Below are positions 8,639 through 16,721 of a DNA stretch of 24,357 nt, one piece after another; the stretch's first letter is position 1, and the number at the start of each line of letters is the position of its first letter. The notes below the pieces were generated by a model that did no database searches, was not told where the DNA came from, and saw only the letters and a program-made list of their open reading frames with translations. The stretch comes from Candidatus Fermentibacteraceae bacterium (GTDB taxonomy: Bacteria > Fermentibacterota > Fermentibacteria > Fermentibacterales > JCC-6), in the NCBI GenBank assembly GCA_041686025.1, contig JAWLEP010000012.1, positions 42,327 through 66,683 on the forward strand, in the 5' to 3' direction. A program made the position numbers and the translations under genes.

Positions 8639-9729
8639 CAGCCTCCCGATTCCGCTCTCCTGCGCGCGGCCAGCTCGACGATCTCCCCCAGCAGGCGGCG
8701 CGCGCCGTCCACCTCCAGGGTCACGGACAGGGCCAGCAGGGCCTCCGGTGCCTCCGGCATGGCCGCCACCTTGACCATGTCCTTCTCGGTGGTCACCAGC
8801 AACTCCGCCCCGGACTCCGAGGCCCGGGACCTCAGCTGCTCCATGTCCCTCCCCGTGTACCCGTGATGATCAGGGTAGACAACCCTGTCAACGACATCCA
8901 GCCCCGTCCGTTCCAGCGTCTCCATGAAGCCCTCCGGCCGGCCGATGCCGCAGAAGGCCAGCGCCGGTCCCCCCTCAGGAGATGCGGCGCGGCCCTCCCG
9001 GTCGAGAAACCCCGACGCAACGGTGGAGCTCTCAACCTGTCCCGCCTTCCAGTTGTGCTGAGACAGAAGACGGCGTGCCCATCCCGAGGACCTGCCCGGC
9101 GGCACGCCGGTGACCCACAGCCAGTGGGCGCGGGAGAGCGCCGACGGTGGCTCCCTCAGGCTGCCCGAGGGCAGCAGGCCCCCGCGTCCCAGGGGGTGCT
9201 GGAACGCCGCCACCACCACGTCCACGTCCCTTCCCAGCTTCAGGTGCTGGAAGCCGTCGTCCACCAGTATCACGTCCGGGTCCAGCTCCCGGGCGGCCCG
9301 GACGGCGCAGTCCCTCTTGTGGGGGCCGGCGTACACCGCGCAGGTATCCCCCAGCTTGCGGGCCAGCAGGAGGACCTCGTCGCCGGGCCTCCTCCCGCCC
9401 GACGAGCCGGACCTCACGCGGCGGGGACCTCCCCGGCGGCGCCGCAGGTCCCTGGCCACAACCGCTACGGACAGCCCCCGGCCCGCCAGCCTTCGGGCCA
9501 GCCAGACGGTGACCGGGGTCTTGCCGGTGCCCCCCACCTCTATGTTCCCCACCGACACCACCACCTGCTTCAGCCGGGTCACCGGCAGCAGCTCGGCCTC
9601 GTAGACCGCCCGGCGGAGTACCGCAACGCACCGGAAAAGCAGCGAAAGCGGCAGCAGGAGCCAGCCCAGCCACGCCCAGCCGCCGCGACGCTCCGCCACC
9701 CGTTCGAAGACCCCGTGCAGTCCCCTCAT
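8638..9729 (-). CDS. lpxK: Tetraacyldisaccharide 4'-kinase
   Basis: SVGNIEVGGTGKTP P-loop, GDE, LVDDGFQH, LLPSGSLRE, FCGIGRP, YPDHH, LVTTEKD. Start 9729 overlaps the upstream stop (ATGA). Confidence 0.93.
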   Translation of the reverse strand: MRGLHGVFERVAERRGGWAWLGWLLLPLSLLFRCVAVLRRAVYEAELLPVTRLKQVVVSVGNIEVGGTGKTPVTVWLARRLAGRGLSVAVVARDLRRRRGGPRRVRSGSSGGRRPGDEVLLLARKLGDTCAVYAGPHKRDCAVRAARELDPDVILVDDGFQHLKLGRDVDVVVAAFQHPLGRGGLLPSGSLREPPSALSRAHWLWVTGVPPGRSSGWARRLLSQHNWKAGQVESSTVASGFLDREGRAASPEGGPALAFCGIGRPEGFMETLERTGLDVVDRVVYPDHHGYTGRDMEQLRSRASESGAELLVTTEKDMVKVAAMPEAPEALLALSVTLEVDGARRLLGEIVELAARRRAESGG

Positions 9730-11561
9730 ACCGTAACCGATGCCCTTCGAAGGGCGGCCACGAACCTCTCCTCTATCTCCCCCTCCGCCTCCGCCAGGAC
9801 CCCCCGCACGGCCTCGGGAGAGGGCCTGCGCGCCATGAGCGAGGAGATGGCGGCGGCAAGCGCATCGGGGCCGGAGGCCACCGCCGCCGCCCCCCTTCCG
9901 CTGGCCAGCTCCACCTCCGCGGCGAAGCTGCCGTAGCTGGGCCCCACCACGAAGGGCACCCCGTGGGCCATGGGCTCCAGCACGTTGTGCCCCCCCAGGT
10001 CGGCCAGGGTGCCTCCCACGAAGGCCATCTCCCCCATCCCGTAGAGCCGGTCGAGGATTCCGTGGCAGTCCACCAGCACCGCGTCGCATTCCGCTGGGAG
10101 ACCGCTCCAGCGCGCCACCTCGAAGCCCTTTCCCTCCAGCTCCCGCTGGGCCTCATCCAGGCGGCCCAGGTGACGGGGCGCCATTACCGGCAGAAGACCC
10201 AGCTCCCTGCACGCCGATGCCACAGGAAGCTCCTCGCCTGGCCGTGTGGAGCCGGCAACCAGCACCCTGGCATCCGCCGGAAGCAGCCGGCGCCATCCGG
10301 GGTCCGGAGCCCCCGGCCGCGCCAGTACCTTGGAGTCCCCCCATACCTCCAGATGCTCCCCCTCCACGCCCAGGCTCCGGAACCTCTCCGCCGCCTTCTG
10401 CGTGCGGGCCATCACCGCGGAGAATCCCGAGAGAATGCCGCCCAGCAGACTGCCCAGGGGCCGCAGCCCGGCCAGGCTCCGCCGGGAGAGCCTTCCGTTG
10501 ACCAGAATCCCCGGCACCCCCCCCAGGAAGGCCTCCCTCAGGAGGTTGGGCCACAGCTCGGTCTCGGAGAGCACCAGCGCCCGGGGACGGACGCGCCGCA
10601 GGAAGCGCCGGACCCAGGGGGGGCAGTCCAGGGGAAGGAAGGAGCCGGGAAAGCCGCTCCCGGCCAGAAGGCGCCGCCCCGCCGGGGTGAAGCAGGTGAG
10701 ATGAACGGCCACCCCCCTGCGGCGAAGCAGGGCGGCCAGGGGCAGCAGCCCCCGGAGCTCGCCCATGGAGGAGCCGTGCATCCAGACCGGCCGGTCGGAG
10801 CGGGGCCTGACCTTCCCCCTGCGCTCGGCCCGCTCCCGCCGGGGACGGGCCGCCAGGGCCAGGCTGGCCGCGGGCATCAGCGCCCGGCCCAGCAGCGAGC
10901 AGGCGGCAGCCTGGAGGACGGGAAGGGGAAGGGCCAGAAGGTCGGCGGCGCGGCTGACCCGTCGGGTCTCGGCCTCTATTCTGGCGGTGAGCGCCTTCAC
11001 CCGCTCGCCCCTGCCCGGCACCACCGGCCTTCCCTCCACCACCGCCATCGCAGCGAAGGGAAGGGCCAGCTGAAAGCGGTCCCAGCTGCGGAAGCGGACC
11101 CGCGGCCAGCCGCTGGTCCCCATGGGCACCACCGGCACCCGGGCCATCCGCGCGATCTGGGCCGTTCCCCCTCCCATCCTCTCCGCCGGCCCCCGGGGCC
11201 CGTCGGGGGTGATGGCGCCGTCGAGGCCCGACCGCAGCCTGCGCACCATCTCCCGCAGGGCCTGCAGCCCTCCCCGGGAGCTGGACCCTCTCACCAGACC
11301 GAAACCGTTCTCGTGGAGTATGTTGGCAACGTACTGTCCGTCCCGGTGGACGCTCACCATCACGCAGACGCCCTCACCGCGGTGGGTGTATATCAGCGGC
11401 AGCTGCCTGCCGTGCCAGAAGCAGTAGAGGACGTTCCTGCCCCGCGGCCTGCCCAGCCTTCCGGTGGAGGGCCTCCTGTAGTCCACCCGCCAGCTGCCCC
11501 CCAGCAGGGAGATCAGGGGCCGGGCCGCCGCCCGGGAAAGGCGGAGAAAATCAGCCCCCAT
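9726..11561 (-). CDS. waaA: Fusion: N-terminal DUF374 / lysophospholipid-acyltransferase-like (LpxJ-like) domain plus Kdo transferase (WaaA/KdtA, GT30)
   Basis: N-terminal FWHG, VSVHRDG, RGSSSRGG, ITPDGPRGP, SWDRFQL. C-terminal VWMHGSSMGE, PLD, ETELWPN, NGRLS, AGST, APRH, FVGGTL..GGHNVLEP. One uninterrupted 611-aa frame. Confidence 0.88.
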   Translation of the reverse strand: MGADFLRLSRAAARPLISLLGGSWRVDYRRPSTGRLGRPRGRNVLYCFWHGRQLPLIYTHRGEGVCVMVSVHRDGQYVANILHENGFGLVRGSSSRGGLQALREMVRRLRSGLDGAITPDGPRGPAERMGGGTAQIARMARVPVVPMGTSGWPRVRFRSWDRFQLALPFAAMAVVEGRPVVPGRGERVKALTARIEAETRRVSRAADLLALPLPVLQAAACSLLGRALMPAASLALAARPRRERAERRGKVRPRSDRPVWMHGSSMGELRGLLPLAALLRRRGVAVHLTCFTPAGRRLLAGSGFPGSFLPLDCPPWVRRFLRRVRPRALVLSETELWPNLLREAFLGGVPGILVNGRLSRRSLAGLRPLGSLLGGILSGFSAVMARTQKAAERFRSLGVEGEHLEVWGDSKVLARPGAPDPGWRRLLPADARVLVAGSTRPGEELPVASACRELGLLPVMAPRHLGRLDEAQRELEGKGFEVARWSGLPAECDAVLVDCHGILDRLYGMGEMAFVGGTLADLGGHNVLEPMAHGVPFVVGPSYGSFAAEVELASGRGAAAVASGPDALAAAISSLMARRPSPEAVRGVLAEAEGEIEERFVAALRRASVTV

Positions 11562-12645
11562 GGCCCTCCAGCTCCGCCGCTATCCTGGCGGCCGCCCTTG
11601 CGGCGGCCCCCGGCGGGCCCAGGGCCGCCCGCACCCGAGAAAGGCCGGCCATGCACCGCTCCCGGGCCCCGCCCTCCGCAGTCAGCGGACCCACCGCCCG
11701 GACCAGCTCTTCGGCGCCGGCCCGGTGCTGCACCAGCTCCTCCACCACCTGCTCCCCCGCCACCAGGTTGGGCATGCCGATGAAGCTGATGGAGCGCACC
11801 AGGGCCCGGGCTATCCGGTAGGTAACCTCCGAGGTCCGGTAGGCGATAACGAAGGGTACGCCGTGCAGAGCCGTCTCCAGGGTGGCCGTCCCGCTGCAGA
11901 CCATGGCCGCCGAGGCCCCCCTCAGGGCCTCCTGTACGAATTCACATTCCTTTACGCCGGGGGCTTCGACAAGCCCGCCGTAGGCCTCCCGGGGGACGTG
12001 GGGCGACAGGGCGAGCCTGGCCCCGGACACCCTTCCTTCCGCAGAGAGCCTTCGGAAGGCTCGCTCCATGGGCCCGGCCAGCCGGGACACTTCCTGGGCG
12101 CGGCTTCCGGGGAGGATCGCCAGCCCCCCTCCGGGCACCGACCCGGCGTCCGGGGCAGGTATCCGGTCCACCAGGGGATGGCCGGCCCAGTAGGCGTCCA
12201 CGCCGCGCCGGCGGTAGAAGTCGGCCTCGAACTCGAATAGGGTGATCATCAGGTCCACGCTGCGGCGGACCTTGCGTACCCGGCCCCTGCCCCAGGCCCA
12301 CAGCTGCGGGGAGACGTAGTAGATCACCCGCATGCCGCGGGATGCCGCCCACCTGGCGAAGCGCATGTTGAATCCCGGGTAGTCCACCAGCAGAACCGCG
12401 TCCGGCTCCCGGCGCAGGGCCTCCCGGCGCAGCGACCGCTCCAGCCGCAGGATCCGCGGCAGGGCCATGACCACCTCGGCGAAGCCCATGACGGAGTACT
12501 CGGAGAGATGGTGGACCGCCTCGAAGCCCTGCCGGGCCATGAAGTCCCCCCCCAGGCCGAAGGACTCCACCGGTCCCCTCCCGGCCAGGGCCTCCAGCAC
12601 GTCCGCCGCCCTGCGGTCGCCGGAGGGCTCCCCGGCGATCACCAT
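11551..12645 (-). CDS. lpxB: Lipid-A-disaccharide synthase
   Basis: AGEPSGD, VMGFAEV, VDYPGFN, YYVSPQLWAW, GHPL, LPGSR, SGTATLE, MPNL; true start may be a few codons upstream. Confidence 0.95.
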   Translation of the reverse strand: MVIAGEPSGDRRAADVLEALAGRGPVESFGLGGDFMARQGFEAVHHLSEYSVMGFAEVVMALPRILRLERSLRREALRREPDAVLLVDYPGFNMRFARWAASRGMRVIYYVSPQLWAWGRGRVRKVRRSVDLMITLFEFEADFYRRRGVDAYWAGHPLVDRIPAPDAGSVPGGGLAILPGSRAQEVSRLAGPMERAFRRLSAEGRVSGARLALSPHVPREAYGGLVEAPGVKECEFVQEALRGASAAMVCSGTATLETALHGVPFVIAYRTSEVTYRIARALVRSISFIGMPNLVAGEQVVEELVQHRAGAEELVRAVGPLTAEGGARERCMAGLSRVRAALGPPGAAARAAARIAAELEGHGG

Positions 12646-12685
12646 GAGCCGAATGCCGCGCTCCGCTCCGCCCCCCAGACCGATT

Positions 12686-13609
12686 TCAGTCCCCGCTCTC
12701 GATCAGCCTCTGGCCCTCCCGGACCGCCTTCACCACCCGGTCGGCCACCTCCAGCGCCCGCAGACCCTCCTCCCCGGGAACCGCAGGCCGCCCTCCCCGG
12801 CAGGCGGACAGGAAGTCCGAGAGCTCGGCGGTGAGGGCGTCGTGCTCCTGCACGTGCACCGGCACGGGAACTATGCTGCCACCGCTCAGCCGCAGGGCTT
12901 CCACGGTGCGGTCGGCGAAGTCTATGGACACGTAGCTGTCCCGCTGGAAGAAGCGAAGCTTGCGCATGGGCTCGCGGGAGATCCGACTGGCCGTGAGGTT
13001 GACCACGGCGCCGCTCTCCAGCAGCAGCCGGGCGCTTGCAATGTCCACCTCGTCGCTGAGTACGGACACTCCGGAGGCATGGACCTCCCTCACGCCGGAC
13101 CGGGCGAAGCTGAGCACCATGTCCAGGTCGTGTATCATCAGGTCCATCACCACCGATACGTCGGTGCCCCTGGGGCCGAAGGGGGCCAGCCTGTGAGCCT
13201 CCACGAACAGCGGATCGGCGATAAGCGGCTCGGCGGCCACCACCGCCGGGTTGAACCGCTCCACGTGACCCACTGCCAGGGTGAGCTCCCTCCCCCCGGC
13301 GGCCCGGACCATCTCCCTGGCCTGTTCCACGGAGGCGGCTATGGGCTTCTCCACCAGCACGTGCCGGCCCGCCTCCAGGGCCTTCATCACCACCTCGTGG
13401 TGGGCGGACGTGGTGCAGGCCACCACCAGCGCGTCCACCCGCTCCAGCAGCTCTCCGAGGCTGGAGGCCGCCTGCACCTCCAGCTCGGCCGACACCTCGG
13501 CCTGCCTTCCGGAGTCGGTATCGTATACCACCACCTCTTCGGCCAGGTCGCGCAGTATCCTGGCGTGGTGGAAGCCCAGATGTCCCGTTCCCGCAACTCC
13601 TGCCCTCAT
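12686..13609 (-). CDS. Gfo/Idh/MocA NAD-dependent oxidoreductase, probable UDP-GlcNAc 3-dehydrogenase (GnnA-like)
   Basis: GTGHLGFHH, VEKPIA, VGHVERFNP, HRLAPF..RGTDVSVVMDLMIHDLD, LTASRIS; directly upstream of lpxB as in gnnA loci. Confidence 0.8.
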   Translation of the reverse strand: MRAGVAGTGHLGFHHARILRDLAEEVVVYDTDSGRQAEVSAELEVQAASSLGELLERVDALVVACTTSAHHEVVMKALEAGRHVLVEKPIAASVEQAREMVRAAGGRELTLAVGHVERFNPAVVAAEPLIADPLFVEAHRLAPFGPRGTDVSVVMDLMIHDLDMVLSFARSGVREVHASGVSVLSDEVDIASARLLLESGAVVNLTASRISREPMRKLRFFQRDSYVSIDFADRTVEALRLSGGSIVPVPVHVQEHDALTAELSDFLSACRGGRPAVPGEEGLRALEVADRVVKAVREGQRLIESGD

Positions 13610-13613
13610 GCCA

Positions 13614-14651
13614 TCAACCTCCGAATACAGACAGCGTGTCCGCCGCGTAGGCCACGTCCTTCTCGCTCAGCGAAAGGTGCGTCACCAGCCTTATCCTCTC
13701 CGGACCCACCGGAAGGCAGCCGATGCCCGTCTCCCCCAGGGCGTCCGCAACCGAATGGGCCGTCCTGCCGGGGGTGTCGACCATGACTATGTTCGTCTCC
13801 ACGGAGTCCCGGTCCACCGAGAGCAGCGGCGAGTCCGCCGCCGCCCGGCCCAGCCTGGCCGCGTAGTCGTGGGTGCGGCCCAGCTCGGGCAGGCAGTGGT
13901 CCAGCGAGTACATGCAGGCAGCCGCCAGGACCCCGGCCTGCCGCATGCCCCCGCCCTGCATCTTCCTCACCCATCTGGCCTTCTCTATGAGGTCCTCGGG
14001 GCCGGCCAGCACCGAGCCCACCGGGCAGCCCATGGCCTTGGAGAAGCAGACGGTGACCAGGTCGTAGCCGGAGGCCAGATCCTCCAGCGGCCGCTTCCCG
14101 GCCACGTGCGCGTGCCAGAGACGCGCCCCGTCCAGGAAGGCGGACCCTCCCGCCGAGCGCGCCGCCCGCAGAAGGGCGTCCTCCCTCTCCGGGGGCAGCA
14201 CCCTTCCCCCCAGCACGTTGTGGGTGTTCTCCAGGGCCAGCACGCTTCTGTGCGAATGGTGTACGTCCCGGGCCAGGGAGAACGCCTCCCTCACCGAGTC
14301 CAGGGAGGGAGCTCCCCATGCACGCTCCACCAGCCTGTGCAGCCGCAGGCCGCCGTGCATTGCGGCAGCACCGCCCTCGTAGCGGTATACGTGGCTGGCG
14401 CTTCCGCACACCACCGTCTCCCCCGGAGAGGCCAGGCAGCGCAGAGCCACGCCGTTGGACATGGTGCCCGAGGGCATGAAGATGGCGTCCTCCATGCCCA
14501 GCAGGGAGGCCACCCTATCCTGCAGGGCGTTGACCGTGGGGTCCTCCCCGAAGACGTCGTCCCCCAGCTCGGCTGCGGCCATGGCCTGGCGCATGGCGGG
14601 CTCGGGCAGGCTGAAGGTGTCGCTGCGCAACTCCACCCGGTAAGCGCTCAC
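13614..14651 (-). CDS. ltaE: Low-specificity L-threonine aldolase (PLP)
   Basis: LRSDT, GDDVFGEDPTV, FMPSGTMSN, LENTHN, LDGARL, CFSK..G.PVGS, GGGMRQAG; GTG start overlapping the ddl stop. Confidence 0.9.
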   Translation of the reverse strand: MSAYRVELRSDTFSLPEPAMRQAMAAAELGDDVFGEDPTVNALQDRVASLLGMEDAIFMPSGTMSNGVALRCLASPGETVVCGSASHVYRYEGGAAAMHGGLRLHRLVERAWGAPSLDSVREAFSLARDVHHSHRSVLALENTHNVLGGRVLPPEREDALLRAARSAGGSAFLDGARLWHAHVAGKRPLEDLASGYDLVTVCFSKAMGCPVGSVLAGPEDLIEKARWVRKMQGGGMRQAGVLAAACMYSLDHCLPELGRTHDYAARLGRAAADSPLLSVDRDSVETNIVMVDTPGRTAHSVADALGETGIGCLPVGPERIRLVTHLSLSEKDVAYAADTLSVFGG

Positions 14652-15655
14652 CGCGCCTCCGCCGGAAGGCCCACCGCGGGCCTGGCCAGGCCGGCGCGGA
14701 GGATCCTGTCCATCAGCTCGTCAACCGGCACCCCGGCCGCCTCCCAGAGGCGGTGGAACATGCTTATGGAGGTGAAGCCGGGAATGGTGTTGATCTCGTT
14801 GATGAGCACATCGCCATCTCCGGACAGCAGGAAGTCAACCCGGGCGAAGCCGATGCCGTCCACCGCGGCGAAGGCCAGACAGGCCAGCCTGCGCAGCCTC
14901 TCCGCCGTCTCCGCGGGGAGCTCGGCCGGTATCACCAGCCGCGACTCCGGGCAGTCGTACTTCGCCCGGTAGTCGTACCACTCCCTGCCGGGCAGTATCT
15001 CGCCGGGTACGGAGGCGGAGATTCCCGACTCCTCCCCCAGCACGCTGACCTCTATCTCCCGGGCACCCTCCACCGCCTTCTCCACCAGGATCTTGGGGTC
15101 GAAGCCGGCCGCATTCTCCAGGGCCCGCATAAATTCGTCCCCGTGGTCCACCCTGGTTATTCCCACGCTGGAACCCAGCCGGGCCGGCTTGACGAACACC
15201 GGCAGCCTTCCCGACCACTCCTCCGCAGCCCGGGCAAGGTCGCCCCTCTGGTACGGGGCCCAGTCCGCCATGGGCAGCTCGTAGGACTCCATGATCCTGC
15301 GGAAGAGCACCTTGTCCATGCATACCGATGAGGTGGCCACCCCGGCGCCAGCGTAGGGCCAGCCCGCCGTCTCGCACAGCCCCTGCACCGTGCCGTCCTC
15401 CCCGTAGGGGCCGTGCAGGACCGGAAAGACCATGTCGAAATCCAGGAGGCTCTCTCCGCAGAGCAAACTCCATCTGCCGGACTCCGGCTGCATTCTCAGC
15501 TTCCGGCCCTCCAGCGTCCATTCGCCGCCGGCGCCTATCTCCACCTCCAGGACCCGGTGGCCGGCCTTCCGCAGCGAGGGGCCCACAAAGGCCGCCGAGA
15601 GCTCGGATATCTCCCGTTCGGCGGACCTTCCACCGTAGAGCAAGACTACGTTCAT
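14648..15655 (-). CDS. ddl: D-alanine--D-alanine ligase
   Basis: YGGRSAEREIS, LHGPYGEDG, MDK, FVKPARLGSSVG, REIE, YDYRAKY, ARVDF, NEINTIPGFT; start 15655 follows a GGAGGT RBS. Confidence 0.95.
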   Translation of the reverse strand: MNVVLLYGGRSAEREISELSAAFVGPSLRKAGHRVLEVEIGAGGEWTLEGRKLRMQPESGRWSLLCGESLLDFDMVFPVLHGPYGEDGTVQGLCETAGWPYAGAGVATSSVCMDKVLFRRIMESYELPMADWAPYQRGDLARAAEEWSGRLPVFVKPARLGSSVGITRVDHGDEFMRALENAAGFDPKILVEKAVEGAREIEVSVLGEESGISASVPGEILPGREWYDYRAKYDCPESRLVIPAELPAETAERLRRLACLAFAAVDGIGFARVDFLLSGDGDVLINEINTIPGFTSISMFHRLWEAAGVPVDELMDRILRAGLARPAVGLPAEAR

Positions 15656-15740
15656 ACCCACACCTCCACGGCCCAAAGATGCCACCTGCGCCCCGACCAT
15701 GTCCACATCCCGGGGCCTTCGGGACGGCCCGCATAGAGAA

Positions 15741-15769
15741 GGCCCCCCGGAAAACCTCTCCGGGGGGCC
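15741..15769 (-). terminator. Intrinsic terminator downstream of the TTWGSIK-motif gene
   Basis: Perfect 11-bp stem GGCCCCCCGGA / TCCGGGGGGCC with 7-nt loop, followed by TTCTCT on the minus strand. Confidence 0.75.
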
Positions 15770-15793
15770 GGCAAATGCCCTGGGTGTATCAGG

Positions 15794-16522
15794 CTAGCGC
15801 TGCAGACCGCCGGCCTTGATGGATCCCCAGGTGGTGGGGACGAGTGCCTCTTCGCCCCACATGAACTGCAGGATGTTCTCCCAGATTGCCACGTCCTCCA
15901 CGGCGTAGCCGGGGGTGTAGCCGCTGATGACGCTGCTGCCGTCGTTGGCCACGCAGATTCCGGCCTCGCCGCTCTGCTCGTCCGATGTCCATCCGGTAAC
16001 AGGGATGGCGTCGGAGACGGTCATGCGGTTGTTGAGGGTCATCAGGCCGGGGTCCTCCCAGCTCCAGTCGCCGATGCCGTCGCAGATGGGATGGGTTTCG
16101 TCCCAGGCGTAGTGCGGGATCACGCTGCTGATTGTGGATACGTTGGTCACGCCCATGCTGTTGGCCAGGTCCATCTGACCGCTGGTTCCGCCCATCCACT
16201 CCCAGCAGGTGGCGAAGATGGTGTTGGTGTCGTAGATGTCGTTCAGTGTGGCCCAGTCGAGGTCATCGGTGTCGTAGTACCAGCACTCGACGATGATCAG
16301 GTCCCAGTCCTGGGAGTAGAGGTCGTTGTTGAAGTTAGTCATGCCAGACTCGCCGCCGGTGTTGTCGGAGACGTTGCAGGAGGGCCAGAGGTTGTCGATG
16401 GCGGTGGTTACCGCCGTACCGTAGCCCGACTCGGTGTCGTGGTAGACGAGTATGTCGGTGGGATCCTGCGCAAAGAGGGGCGCGGCAATCATCAGGATCG
16501 CTGCAGCCACGAAAAGCCTCAT
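15794..16522 (-). CDS. Secreted acidic hypothetical protein with C-terminal TTWGSIK motif
   Basis: Signal peptide MRLFVAAAILMIAAPLFA; strong RBS GAGGAGGA; Asp/Glu-rich body; ends ALVPTTWGSIKAGGLQR. Confidence 0.85.
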   Translation of the reverse strand: MRLFVAAAILMIAAPLFAQDPTDILVYHDTESGYGTAVTTAIDNLWPSCNVSDNTGGESGMTNFNNDLYSQDWDLIIVECWYYDTDDLDWATLNDIYDTNTIFATCWEWMGGTSGQMDLANSMGVTNVSTISSVIPHYAWDETHPICDGIGDWSWEDPGLMTLNNRMTVSDAIPVTGWTSDEQSGEAGICVANDGSSVISGYTPGYAVEDVAIWENILQFMWGEEALVPTTWGSIKAGGLQR

Positions 16523-16561
16523 ACTTCCTCCTCGGGTTGGGGTTCACGTTAAACCAAATTG

Positions 16562-16590
16562 ATTATCGGCACCGCCGGCCCGCTTGTCAA
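16562..16590 (-). promoter_or_regulatory. Near-consensus sigma70 promoter for the TTWGSIK gene
   Basis: Minus strand TTGACA (16590-16585) - N17 - GATAAT (16567-16562). Confidence 0.75.
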
Positions 16591-16651
16591 GAAACCCGCC
16601 ACCATGGACCCGGCCCAGCGCGGCAGCAGCTCCTGCCGCTGTCCGGAAGGG

Positions 16652-16680
16652 TAGACATGGGCAGACAGTGCCTCAATAAT
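16652..16680 (+). promoter_or_regulatory. sigma70-like promoter for the beta-propeller gene
   Basis: TAGACA (16652-16657) - N17 - AATAAT (16675-16680). Confidence 0.55.
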
Positions 16681-16721
16681 CAGTTTGGTGTGTAATCTAT
16701 TGGCAGCGCATGCGGAAGTGA

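Noticed and set aside
6050..8866. 938-aa plus-strand ORF (also 3889-5979, 9963-11783, 13281-14972 and similar)
   Set aside because: Antisense shadows of well-supported genes in high-GC DNA; no recognisable motifs
14648..15655. ddl as a vancomycin-resistance D-Ala-D-Lac ligase
   Set aside because: Omega loop YDYRAKY is the ordinary D-Ala-D-Ala type; no vanH/vanX nearby
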